Shown piece by piece: positions 11,201-19,652 of a DNA stretch of 64,000 bases (positions within the stretch are counted from its first letter, which is position 1; each line of letters opens with the position of its first letter). The notes beneath the pieces were generated by a model, which ran no database searches, was not told the origin of the DNA, and was given only the letters and a program-made list of their open reading frames with translations. Origin of the DNA: Myxococcales bacterium (GTDB taxonomy: Bacteria; Myxococcota_A; UBA9042; JABWCM01; BTVJ01); NCBI GenBank assembly GCA_045863395.1, contig BTVJ01000025.1, positions 31,448-95,447 of the forward strand. Direction: 5' to 3'. The translations under genes were made by a program, and so were the position numbers.

Positions 11201-11858
11201 TGCCCTCGGCCGCCGAGTCGCGCGCCTCGCCGGTGCCGTGGCCGAACCGCGTGTCGTCGTAGGGATCGTTGTCGTTCCAGAAGAAGTCCCAGCCGCTGAT
11301 GTCGTCCACGTACCCGTTGCCGTCGTCGTCCTTGCCGTCCGACGCGAGGCGGATGAGGTCGCCCGGATCGAAGACTCCGTTCCCGTTGAGATCCTTGTCC
11401 TTGCCGAAGTCGGGGTCCACGTGCTCGTAGTCGCGGATGTCGAACCAGCCGTCGTTGTTGACGTCCCACTCGTCCTTGCTGTCGGGGCCCTTGGCCGGCA
11501 TGTACTTGGCCAGCTCGCCCTTGTTCAGGTAGTGCTTGTTGCGGAGGTCGTCGTTCTCCCAATGGATGCCGCTGTCGAGCACCGCGATGATCACGCGCCG
11601 GTCGCCCGTGGTCCGCTGCCAGGCCCGATCCGCGTGGATGCCCGTGCCGAGCTTGACCTCGTAGGCGCTGATACCGTTGGCCGTGACCCACTCCTCGGGA
11701 ATGTAGGACCACAGGTTCCACTGGCCCCCAAAGCCCGGGTCGTTCGGCGGGTCGAGGCGCGGGTCCTCGTTGGGGCCGTTGGGCCAGGCGAGCGCAGTGG
11801 ACGTGCCAGCCAGGGCCAGTGCGGCGAGCGCCAGAAGGGCGATGCTTCGCAGTCTCAT
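8262..11858 (-). CDS. Secreted S8 subtilase-like peptidase with FG-GAP repeats and a MYXO-CTERM-like anchor
   Basis: Signal peptide; IAVLDSG, DDDGNGYVDDISGWDF and HGTG motifs; several DLDGDG FG-GAP repeats; C-terminus GGCAAAPG-hydrophobic-RRR. Confidence 0.85.
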   Translation of the reverse strand: MRLRSIALLALAALALAGTSTALAWPNGPNEDPRLDPPNDPGFGGQWNLWSYIPEEWVTANGISAYEVKLGTGIHADRAWQRTTGDRRVIIAVLDSGIHWENDDLRNKHYLNKGELAKYMPAKGPDSKDEWDVNNDGWFDIRDYEHVDPDFGKDKDLNGNGVFDPGDLIRLASDGKDDDGNGYVDDISGWDFFWNDNDPYDDTRFGHGTGEARDSAAEGNNGKGDIGVCPNCTILNVRVGDGFVTDVNDFAEGVIFGVDSGASVIQEALGTVNNSKLAMQAIDWAYDNNVVVIASAADELSFHHNMPGTNNHTVYVHAVVHDHGKKEKSTTFLNFNNCTNYGGQLVLSTPGGGCSSEATGITSGHAGLIYAAGLKAALDPPLSAAELHGILIMSSDDIDVAGSATDPTKFPSGPGWDLHFGYGRNNARTSVDFVLDARIPPELDIVDPLWFQMLYPDRKGQIDVTGRIGTRRDGKGPRYASYDWELEYAIGVDPKGGWTKIAGGTTPGMEGVIATWDATEAAKKMDLDKQLKDPHGRSVTLRLRASVTGKPDLKGEFRKTVHVHKDPDLHPAFPIWMNGSAEGASKMVDLDGDGTDEIIQGTGTGEIHAFKADGSQADGWPVRMGYRPHLDPANDLTGKILGMGNHRDSCAHRADKTGCKATADLVVDPDVGQTTIGAPAIGKLMGEDGDLFVVVTTWDGGVFVYDSKGKPAPGFPVSTDLSNSVGTTDPDHIVDHGIMGSPVLADLDKDGKLEIIVAAQDGFMYVWHADGKLMKGWPVRVRDPKKTQNSDRIVCTPAVGDVDGDGWLDIVTGTNETFGAKGAENEGRGYVLYHDGNDHAGGPFHPGWPIKLFGLQDNVLPVVGKGVPANPILADLDYDGTMEIAIEAISSSGYIYNHDGTVYRQLNNQVYGPKSNSSDSPLYMLINHGTFARLDAKGGIDYIKGGAGFGFAKTFVAGGVRENFEHHLGAWDTANGKFLDAWPRVMEDWQFFMNPTVADIDGDKKPEVLNGSGGYLVRAINSEGVEPSGWPKMTGGWLTASPTMGDLDGDGKFDVAVGIRNGWMFAWKAPGPSDGIVEWQSFAHDHHNTNNYDQDFLYGTAVKEPPKPGEDIGGPSEDAGTGGGDVAGGVDASSGGETIGGADAAGGSDVAGGPDAASAGGGGGGDDGGCAAAPGAPRSVLVLLLVLLLPAVRRRLTA

Positions 11859-12008
11859 CGGTGGTGCTCCTCGGGGGTGGGTCCCAGTTCGACGGTCGGC
11901 GGACCATACCACAACCGCCCCACCGTGAGCCACACCCGGTTGCGCTGGGTTACCGAGGGTCCCCGTGGGGGCGGCGGATGCCTCCCCAGCCCTCAGGCTC
12001 GGGAACTG

Positions 12009-12037
12009 TTGTCGCCCCGACGTTGTCGCACTACACT
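12009..12037 (+). promoter_or_regulatory. Putative sigma70 promoter for the ECF/anti-sigma pair
   Basis: TTGTCG-N17-TACACT. An overlapping GGAAC at 12002 may be an ECF -35 element. Confidence 0.4.
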
Positions 12038-12121
12038 GCGGCTGAGCCGGGGCCCTACCGGCCGGCGACGCCGAGCCAAACGACCCCCCTCTGCGGGGAG
12101 AGCTCCCAGGGCGAACGGAAC

Positions 12122-12766
12122 GTGAGCAGAACTTTCGCTACACAGGCGCGTTCGACGGTGCAGGCAGGCGCGGAGGCGACGCCGGCTCTGGAGCCCTCGG
12201 ACGAGCAGCTCATGGAGCGGTTCCGCGACGGCGACGCGCGTGCCTTCGAGGTGCTGGTCGGCCGCCATGGGCGCGCCGTCTACCAGTTCGTTCTTCGATA
12301 CGTCAGCGACGGCGCAACGGCCGAGGACCTGGTCCAGGAGGTGTTCCTGCGGGTGGTCCGGAGCGCCCCGGAGTACGAGCGGCGCGCGAAGTTCACCACC
12401 TGGGTGTACACCATCGCGCGCAACCAGTGCATCGACGCGCTGCGGAGGCGCCGCTACCGGCGCCACCCGTCGCTCGATGCGCCCATGGGCGACGAGGACG
12501 GCCCGACGCTGCTGGAGACGGTAGCAGGCGACGAGCCGGGCAGTGATCGGAGGGCGGCTGACACCCAGTTCACTGGGGCGCTGGACGCCGCGCTGGCAGC
12601 GCTCCCAGACGAGCAGCGGGAGGTGTTCCTCATGCGGGAGGTGCACAACCTGCCGTTCAAGGAGATCGCGGAGATCACACAGGTGCCGACCAACACCGTG
12701 AAGAGTCGTATGCGTTACGCGCTGGAGGCGCTGCGTCATCACCTCCAGGAGTTCGACCCGACGTGA
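12122..12766 (+). CDS. ECF sigma-70 factor
   Basis: SDEQLMERFRDGDARAFEVLV, AEDLVQEVFLRV, FTTWVYTIARN and FKEIAEITQVPTNTVKSRMRYAL. GTG start inferred. Confidence 0.92.
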   Translation: MSRTFATQARSTVQAGAEATPALEPSDEQLMERFRDGDARAFEVLVGRHGRAVYQFVLRYVSDGATAEDLVQEVFLRVVRSAPEYERRAKFTTWVYTIARNQCIDALRRRRYRRHPSLDAPMGDEDGPTLLETVAGDEPGSDRRAADTQFTGALDAALAALPDEQREVFLMREVHNLPFKEIAEITQVPTNTVKSRMRYALEALRHHLQEFDPT

Positions 12767-12794
12767 GCGATCACGACGGGCAGGTGGGTTCGAG

Positions 12795-14648
12795 ATGTCA
12801 TTGAGCAGACAGGACATCGAAGATCGGCTGATGGACTACCTCTACGAGGAGCTGTCCGACGACGAGTCGGCGCTCTTCGAGGAGGAGCTCCGCCGTCACC
12901 CGGATCTCCAGGCGGAGGTGGACTCCCACCGGCGCACCCGGTCTGCGTTCGCTCGCCTGCCGCAGCTCGACATGCCCCACCTCGTTCAGGCCAACATCCT
13001 CAGGGAGGCGCGCCGCGCCGCCGCCGACGTGGGAGCGGCCCGGCAGGAGCCGGCCGGGCTCCTGGCGCGCCTCGCCGCGTGGCTGATGCAGCCGGCGGTG
13101 GCCACGGCGATGATCGGGGTGCTGGTCGCGGCCATCGGGCTCTACGTGGCTGACCGCCGCATGCTGTCCAATGACGAGGTGCGCGAGGATCTGTACGGGC
13201 CCGAGCGGGGGCCGTCGCTGACCGCGGCGGAGCCTCGCTCGCCTGCGCGGGCAGACCGGACGACGCTCTCCGAGGCAGAGCCCCCGCCGGCCGACCTCCC
13301 CACCGCGCCGGATCCAGGACCCGGTTGGGGCGACGAGGTGGCCGTTGCGCCCGTGCCAACCCCGGCGGCGCTGCCTGCGCCGGTCGAGGCGGCGTCCGCA
13401 AGAGTGCCGGATATGGAGGTCGCAGCGGCAGAGGTGGACCGACTCTCGGATCTGGCGCGGGACCGGGGGCTCCGGGCCGGTGGTGTCGACAAGAAGGCCG
13501 AGGGCAAGGTGGGCTCGAAGCTCGACCTGGCGGCTCCGAAGAAGAAGGCGGCGGCCCCGTGGGGAGGCGATCTCGCAGCCGACCTGGACACCCGACAGCC
13601 TCAGCCCGCGCCGGACGTCGCGAAGGAGGCCCCACGCAAGGACGCTCCCGTCGCCGTGCCCCAGGGCATCGCGAGCAACGTGGAGCAGCGGGCGGTCGCA
13701 CCAGGCGCCGACGACAACGCGGTCCGAGACGGGTTTGCGCGTTTCGGCGCAAAGGCTCCCGCTACGGCCCCCCCTGTCCAGGCAGCAGAGAAGGCCGCTG
13801 TGGTGAGCCCGGCCGAGGAGCCCGAGGCATTCCCGCAGGGGGCGAGCAGCGCCCCGCTGGCGAACGAGGTCCGTGGGCCCCAGAAGCAGCAGCTTCAGGA
13901 GCGCAGGGCCGCTGAGGTGGTCTATGGAGGGGAGGACCTCCGCAACTCCGCCAGCGCGCCGGCCGCGACGAGCGTTGGTGGGCTCGCTGACGACTCCTGG
14001 AAGCTCGCGACCGGCAAGGCGGAGCAGCCGGGCGACGCCGGCGGAGCCCAAGTGGAGGCCCAAGCGGCCCAGATCGCTGGTGGAGCGCTGGCGCAGGACC
14101 CGTCCTCCGGGTACCGGACCGAGTCATCGACCCTGGACGCTCGGGAGGACACGGCGCCGCTCGGGATGATGCGACAGGGCGACGCGCTGCTGGCGGCGGG
14201 CGACGTACAGGGAGCGATTGCCGCATACGAGAAGGCCGCGAAGCAGGACCCGTCGCTGGCGCCCCTCGCGCGGCACAAGGTGGCCCAGGCCTATCGTCAG
14301 GCCAACCGCTTCCTGGACGCGCTGGTGAGCTACGACGGGCTCCTGAAGAACTACCCGCGCTACCAGAACCGAGCTGCGGCGCTGCGGGAGAAGTTCGAGG
14401 TCAGCATGGCGCTCGGGCGCCTGGATGTGGCCGAGCGGGCGCTCAAGGACATGGAGGCGGTCGAGGGCGTCGCCGTGGAGGAGCTGCGACAGCGCCTGTA
14501 CGCCCGCCGAGTGGCCATGGAGGCGGACGTCAAGGCGAGCAAGGCCGCCGGAGCCGCCAAGGGCAACGCCGCGCCCGCGCGCGCAAAGTCCATGGAGGCC
14601 GCCGAGCCCGCGTTCGACGAGATCAAGCCCGCCACCGAGGCCAAGTAG
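12795..14648 (+). CDS. Putative membrane anti-sigma factor with a long linker and C-terminal TPR domain
   Basis: Lies directly after the ECF gene. N-terminal LMDYLYEELS..FEEELRRHP anti-sigma-like helix bundle, TM helix, TPR-like C-terminus. Confidence 0.72.
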   Translation: MSLSRQDIEDRLMDYLYEELSDDESALFEEELRRHPDLQAEVDSHRRTRSAFARLPQLDMPHLVQANILREARRAAADVGAARQEPAGLLARLAAWLMQPAVATAMIGVLVAAIGLYVADRRMLSNDEVREDLYGPERGPSLTAAEPRSPARADRTTLSEAEPPPADLPTAPDPGPGWGDEVAVAPVPTPAALPAPVEAASARVPDMEVAAAEVDRLSDLARDRGLRAGGVDKKAEGKVGSKLDLAAPKKKAAAPWGGDLAADLDTRQPQPAPDVAKEAPRKDAPVAVPQGIASNVEQRAVAPGADDNAVRDGFARFGAKAPATAPPVQAAEKAAVVSPAEEPEAFPQGASSAPLANEVRGPQKQQLQERRAAEVVYGGEDLRNSASAPAATSVGGLADDSWKLATGKAEQPGDAGGAQVEAQAAQIAGGALAQDPSSGYRTESSTLDAREDTAPLGMMRQGDALLAAGDVQGAIAAYEKAAKQDPSLAPLARHKVAQAYRQANRFLDALVSYDGLLKNYPRYQNRAAALREKFEVSMALGRLDVAERALKDMEAVEGVAVEELRQRLYARRVAMEADVKASKAAGAAKGNAAPARAKSMEAAEPAFDEIKPATEAK

Positions 14649-14692
14649 GCAGGGCCGCGCGGCTCCTGCGGTCCGCCCTTACGCCGAACCCG

Positions 14693-15376
14693 TCAGACGC
14701 CCCGCGCGTCGGCCCCCCAGATCAGCTTGTGCAACTGCAGGTTGAGGCGCACCGGGAGGCGATCCTCGACAATCCAGGCAGAGAGCTCCCGCGCGTCGAG
14801 CTCCCCGTGGCTGGGACTGAAGAGCACCTGCTGGACCCGGCGCGGCAGGGCGAGCTCCGCCATGGCGGCGACCGCCCATTCATAGTCGGCGCGGCTCGTC
14901 AGCACGATCTTGATCAGATCGTGGGGCAGCAGGGCGTCCAGGTTCGATCGGTCAAAGGTGCTGAGAAACGCGGGGGTCAGGTCGAAGCCCGGCGGCGGAT
15001 CGCGACGGATCGCGCCTGGGGTCTTGAGATCGACGACCTTGATGACCTCCGAGGGCACCTGGGAGAGGGGCCGTGACCCGCCGGTCTCCAGGAGCACCGT
15101 GTAGCCGCGACCGACGAGCTCGCCGAGGAAGGGCACGATCTCGCGCTGCAGCATGGGCTCGCCGCCGGTGACGCACACGAGGGGCAGGCCAAGGTCTGCC
15201 ACGCGCGCCAGGATGCCCTGGCGGTCGAGGTCCTCGCCTTCGTAGAACGCGTGCTCGGTGTCGCAGTAGGTGCAGCGCAGGTTGCAGCCCGTGAAGCGCA
15301 CGAAGGTGCACGGCTCGCCGGCGCGGGTGCCCTCGCCTTGGATGCTCGCGAAGATCTCGTTGACTCTCATGGACAT
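14693..15376 (-). CDS. queE: 7-carboxy-7-deazaguanine synthase (radical SAM)
   Basis: EIFASIQGEG, FVRFTGCNLRCTYCDT, TGGEP and LQLHKLIW. Confidence 0.9.
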   Translation of the reverse strand: MSMRVNEIFASIQGEGTRAGEPCTFVRFTGCNLRCTYCDTEHAFYEGEDLDRQGILARVADLGLPLVCVTGGEPMLQREIVPFLGELVGRGYTVLLETGGSRPLSQVPSEVIKVVDLKTPGAIRRDPPPGFDLTPAFLSTFDRSNLDALLPHDLIKIVLTSRADYEWAVAAMAELALPRRVQQVLFSPSHGELDARELSAWIVEDRLPVRLNLQLHKLIWGADARGV

Positions 15377-15561
15377 GCGACATCCTGGGGCGCGCCGTCA
15401 GCCGGCAGGCGGCGCCGCGGCGCGCGATTCTAGCAGAAGCCGAGTGATCGACTCCAACGGTTGCTGGGCTTTTCTGTACCGCGCTCGCCCCCGTCCGTAT
15501 CATGCGGCGCGGACGTCCCTGTGCCTGGACTCCGCCGTGGCTCCACCTTGGAGGATCATTC

Positions 15562-16893
15562 ATGAAGCTCACCGGTCGCATCGCGCTCGTCACCGCCCTG
15601 TTCGCCACACCTGCCTGGGCCGAAGGCTTCGAGGGGCAGTTCGACGGCGGCCTGGGCTTCGGAGGCATCGCGGAGGACTGGTTCGTCAAGGTGTCCGTGG
15701 GCGCCGCGTTCCAGTTCGACAAGATCGGTTTTGGCGTGCAGGTCCCCCTGAACTTCCGCGCCATCGACTACGAGCCGGAGCAGGACAGCGTCATCCGCGA
15801 GGAGGACTGGGACGAGGTCGGGGACTTCTTCAAGATCCTCAGGTACTTCCAGTACGGGTTCCCGAACGAACCCTACTACGTGCGCGTGGGAGAGCTGACC
15901 GGCGTGTCCATCGGCCACGGGACGGTGGTGAACAGCTACTACAACGTGGTGGACGTCAACCACTACAAGATGGGGATCCGGAGCACCATCGACGTGGGCT
16001 ACGGCGGCGTGGAGGTGATGATCGACCACGTCGCGCCGCCCAACCTGCTGGCCATCCGGCCCTTCGTACGGCCGTTCACGTTCTTCCCGACGGCGGACAT
16101 CTTCAAGAAGGTCACGACGGGGCTCGTCTTCGCGGCGGACTTCGACGCACCGACGGCGCTCAAGGTGGACGCGGGGGGCGTCCCGGTCATCGAGGAGGCC
16201 GGGCCGGTCCGGGCATCGAGCGAGCCCGTCATCCTGTGGGGGTGGGACCTGGACTGGGAGGTGTTCTCCAACGAGTGGGTGGCGATCATCCCGTTCTTCG
16301 ACGTGATGGTGCTCGGCGACGAGGGGGCAGGGACCCACCTCGGGACGTTCATCAACTTCAGCCTCCCGGCGAACATCCACATCGACACGTGCATCGAGTG
16401 GCGCTTCGCGTCCAAGGGCTACCAGCCGACGTACATCTCTCCCATCTATGAGATCGAGCGGTGGCGGTTCGTGCAGGGTCCGAAGATCACCGACGTGCGC
16501 GCAGGGTTTGCGGGCGCCGACAGGGACCGGCACGGGCTGCTCGGGAGCCTGACCTTCCGAGTGGACAAGTGGGTGACCGTGACGGCGGCCTACGAGGACT
16601 ACCAGGGACCGGACAACGCAAACTTCACGGCGCGCCTTGAGCTGCCCTGGATCGCAGACGTCGTGCAGGCGGCTGCTTTCTGGACCAAGCGCAACTTCGA
16701 CGACGCGGAGGACCTGGGGAGCCTGGACAACGCGCTCCTCGTGGCCATGCTGCGGGTCAAGGTGTACGACCCGCTCTACCTCTGGGCCGAGTACAGCCGT
16801 CAGTGGCACGTAGACGAGACCGGCACCGACCGCGGGGAGTACGAGACGGTGGACAACTTCGGGGGCGGCGTCGGCGTCCACGTAGGGTTCTGA
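15562..16893 (+). CDS. Putative outer-membrane beta-barrel protein
   Basis: Signal peptide (..PAWA), amphipathic beta-strands, C-terminal GVHVGF. Confidence 0.6.
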   Translation: MKLTGRIALVTALFATPAWAEGFEGQFDGGLGFGGIAEDWFVKVSVGAAFQFDKIGFGVQVPLNFRAIDYEPEQDSVIREEDWDEVGDFFKILRYFQYGFPNEPYYVRVGELTGVSIGHGTVVNSYYNVVDVNHYKMGIRSTIDVGYGGVEVMIDHVAPPNLLAIRPFVRPFTFFPTADIFKKVTTGLVFAADFDAPTALKVDAGGVPVIEEAGPVRASSEPVILWGWDLDWEVFSNEWVAIIPFFDVMVLGDEGAGTHLGTFINFSLPANIHIDTCIEWRFASKGYQPTYISPIYEIERWRFVQGPKITDVRAGFAGADRDRHGLLGSLTFRVDKWVTVTAAYEDYQGPDNANFTARLELPWIADVVQAAAFWTKRNFDDAEDLGSLDNALLVAMLRVKVYDPLYLWAEYSRQWHVDETGTDRGEYETVDNFGGGVGVHVGF

Positions 16894-16908
16894 CCTACCG
16901 GGGGACGG

Positions 16909-18456
16909 ATGGAAGCACTGATGGCGCTCTGGGCCCTGACCTTCCTGGCCGGGGCCATGCTCATCCAGCTCCTGCGGGCAAACCGGCGCGGGGAGCTGAC
17001 CCGCAAGCTCGGCCTCGCCACCGTGCTGGGCATCGCCGCGACCTGGCCTGACGGCTTCGGCGTGCCGGCCGAGTGGCAGCCTCCCCTGATCGCCCTCGCC
17101 CTCTCGGTCCTGGTGTGGTTTGCGCTGATCCCGATGGTCGGGCGCTCCGTGGCACGGAGCCGGCCGCGGCTCGGACGCAGGCTGACGGAGCTGGTGGTGT
17201 GGTCGGCGGAGGGGCGCGCCGACGAGGCCGTGGGGCGCGCCGCTGCGGCCCTCGGCACGGAGGACGCGGCGGCCGCGCTGTTGGCCCTGGAGGGGATTCC
17301 CAACGGTGAGGCGGCGGCCTTGCGTGCGGTGGCGCACGCCCTCCTCGAGCAGTGGGACGACGTGCTTCGGATCCCCGTGGACGCGGCCAGCGGCCCCCAG
17401 GCGCTGCACGTGCGGGGGGCGCGGGTGCTCGCCCTGGCAGAGACCGGACGAATCGCGGAGGCGCGCGCAGAGGCCGAGGCCATGCGGACCGCCGACGTGG
17501 GGACGGTCGCGCCGGGGGTCCAGCAGTCCATGGCCCTGCTGGCGGACCTGGACATCGCCGCAGCCGAGGGGGACGCACGCGCCGCGGTCGAGGTCCTGTC
17601 GAATCCGCTGCCCCAGGTCCGCGCGGCGTGGATCCTGTGGCGCCTCGGCGTGGCCATGAGCCGGGCGGGACGCCCGTCCGACGCCCTTCGGGCATGGCTA
17701 CAGGCCTGGGACCGCCTGGTGCCACAGCAGCCCATCACACGCCGCGTCATCGAGCAGGGGCTGCGGTCTCTGGGGACGGAGCCGCCCGCGGCGCCGCACC
17801 TCGCCATCGGGGCGCCGGTGGCGACCGCCGGGCTGGTCGGGCTCATCGCAGTGGCGTATCTGATCCAGGTGGTGCTGGAGCGCACCGTCGGTGCCGACGC
17901 GCCCTTCGAGCTCGGCGCCTTCTTCGTGCCGTCGAGCGGGGAGCGGTGGCGCCTCGTCAGCTACGGGCTGGTCCACGCCGGAATCGTGCACGCGGGCATG
18001 AACGCCTGGGTGCTTTGGGACGTGGGGCGCTTCTTGGAGCGTCGCCTCGGGCCAGCGGCCGTGTTCGGCTCGTTCGTGCTCGGGGTGTTCGGCGGGTCGC
18101 TGCTCAGCGAGGCCTTGATGACCCACGGGGGGCTCGTCGGGGCGTCGGGGGGAGTCCTCGGGGTCGGCGGCGCGCTGCTGGTCAACGCGTGGCAGCGGAG
18201 CGCCCAAGAGGGCACGCAGCTCTTCCGCGGCGTCGGCACCTGGCTGCTGATCATCATGGCGTTCAGCGTCATCTTCCCGAACGTGTCCATCTGGGGGCAC
18301 CTGGGAGGCATCATCGCCGGCGCTCTGTTCGGCCTCGGCTTCGGGCGGCTTCGGGGGCACGCGGTGGACTGGGCGCTCATCTCTGCGTCGGCCATCGCCA
18401 TCGCGTGGGCCGTGGTCGGGGTGGTGACCAAGGGAGTCGAGCTGTCGCTGTGGTGA
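16909..18456 (+). CDS. Rhomboid intramembrane serine protease with N-terminal TM/TPR extension
   Basis: WRLVSYGLVHAGIVHAGMN, VGASGG (catalytic Ser) and GHLGG (catalytic His). Confidence 0.88.
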   Translation: MEALMALWALTFLAGAMLIQLLRANRRGELTRKLGLATVLGIAATWPDGFGVPAEWQPPLIALALSVLVWFALIPMVGRSVARSRPRLGRRLTELVVWSAEGRADEAVGRAAAALGTEDAAAALLALEGIPNGEAAALRAVAHALLEQWDDVLRIPVDAASGPQALHVRGARVLALAETGRIAEARAEAEAMRTADVGTVAPGVQQSMALLADLDIAAAEGDARAAVEVLSNPLPQVRAAWILWRLGVAMSRAGRPSDALRAWLQAWDRLVPQQPITRRVIEQGLRSLGTEPPAAPHLAIGAPVATAGLVGLIAVAYLIQVVLERTVGADAPFELGAFFVPSSGERWRLVSYGLVHAGIVHAGMNAWVLWDVGRFLERRLGPAAVFGSFVLGVFGGSLLSEALMTHGGLVGASGGVLGVGGALLVNAWQRSAQEGTQLFRGVGTWLLIIMAFSVIFPNVSIWGHLGGIIAGALFGLGFGRLRGHAVDWALISASAIAIAWAVVGVVTKGVELSLW

Positions 18457-18468
18457 GAGGGCGAGGGT

Positions 18469-18497
18469 TTGACACTCGCGGGGACTTGGGGTACTCC
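18469..18497 (+). promoter_or_regulatory. Putative sigma70 promoter
   Basis: TTGACA-N17-TACTCC, upstream of a GGAGG RBS and ATG 18525. Confidence 0.4.
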
Positions 18498-18524
18498 GGC
18501 AGGTCGGAGTTCCCAGGAGGCAGC

Positions 18525-19652
18525 ATGGGCAGAGCACGTCGGATGTGGGTCCTGGTGGCGCTCCTCGCGGTGGCGGGCGCGACTCCGGCAGGCGCGCAGA
18601 CCGCCGCCGAGCAGGCGGAGATCGAGAACCAGCAGGGCAAGGAGCTGTTCGGCGCCGGGCGCTACGTGGAGTCCGCCGCGCGGTTCCAGCGCGCCTTCGA
18701 CCTGAACCCCCTCTCCAAGTACCTCTACAACCTCGGCTACGCGTGGCTGAATACGGGCACCGAGCCCCAGAAGGCGCTGGACGCCTTCGACAAGTTCGTG
18801 CCCCTGTGCAAGGAGGAGGGCAAGGGCATCTGCGCCGACCAGGAGCGCGTCGAGAAGGAGATGGTCCGCCTCAAGGACCTGGCTTACCGCGCCCTTCCGC
18901 TCGTGACCATGCAGTCCGACCCGGCGGGGGCGACCATCTACTTCATGGAGGAGGGCGCGTCCCAGGAGCGCATCATCGGCCAGACGCCCTTTGCGACGAA
19001 CCTCGCTGAGGGGCGCTACTACCTGCGCCTCGTGCTGGACGGCTACGAGCCCTTCTCGGCGCCCTTCGAGGTCAAACGGCAGGGGGACCTGACCTTGTCG
19101 TTCCCGCTCGCGCGCATCAAGAACATCGGGCATTTGCGAGTTCGGACGAACGTGAAGGGCGCTCGCATCTTCCTCGACGGCAAGCCCTTCGGGATCTCGC
19201 CCTACGAAGAGGTGGTGGACGTCGAGGCGGGCAAGCACCAGATCGTCGTGGAGAAGGACGCCTACACCACCTTCAACGAGCCTGTGGATGTGGCGACGGG
19301 CGCGGAGGTGGACGTCAGCGCGACCATCTTCCTCAAGGACGCCCCCGCGTCGTGGCGGGCCTACGTGGGCTGGCCGACGGCGGTGATCGGGCTGCTCGGC
19401 GTCGGGGCGGGCATCACCTTCTGGCAGCTCGCCGACAAGGAGTTTGCGGGCACGCCCACCTTCAACGACTATGAGCTGTACCAGAACCTGGGGTACGGCC
19501 TCGGCGGCGGCCTGCTGGCCGTGGGCACGGGCCTGATCATCTGGGAGTACGTGCGGACCGACGTGGCATCGGAGGACCGCATCGACATCGCCCCGGTGTT
19601 CAGCGTCGATCCGGGCAGCGGCATGGTCTTCGGCGCCATGGGGAGCTTCTGA
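18525..19652 (+). CDS. TPR and PEGA domain exported protein
   Basis: Signal peptide, TPR (GKELFGAGRYVESAARFQRAFDLNP), two PEGA motifs (SDPAGATI..GQTP; TNVKGARIFLDGKPFGISP), hydrophobic C-terminal hairpin. Confidence 0.82.
   Translation: MGRARRMWVLVALLAVAGATPAGAQTAAEQAEIENQQGKELFGAGRYVESAARFQRAFDLNPLSKYLYNLGYAWLNTGTEPQKALDAFDKFVPLCKEEGKGICADQERVEKEMVRLKDLAYRALPLVTMQSDPAGATIYFMEEGASQERIIGQTPFATNLAEGRYYLRLVLDGYEPFSAPFEVKRQGDLTLSFPLARIKNIGHLRVRTNVKGARIFLDGKPFGISPYEEVVDVEAGKHQIVVEKDAYTTFNEPVDVATGAEVDVSATIFLKDAPASWRAYVGWPTAVIGLLGVGAGITFWQLADKEFAGTPTFNDYELYQNLGYGLGGGLLAVGTGLIIWEYVRTDVASEDRIDIAPVFSVDPGSGMVFGAMGSF

Noticed and set aside
9165..12125. Long antisense or alternate-frame ORFs (also 41632-44313, 25309-27786, 26849-29479 and others)
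   Set aside because: These are shadow ORFs typical of high-GC DNA, overlapping well-supported genes and lacking recognisable motifs.
14693..15376. queE as part of a 7-deazaguanine DNA-modification (dpd) island
   Set aside because: No dpdA/tgt-like, queC, queD or folE neighbours; most simply housekeeping queuosine synthesis.
16909..18456. Rhomboid as the sortase for the MYXO-CTERM-like proteins in the window
   Set aside because: It is not adjacent to those genes and nothing in the sequence links them. Rhombosortases are associated with GlyGly-CTERM tails instead.
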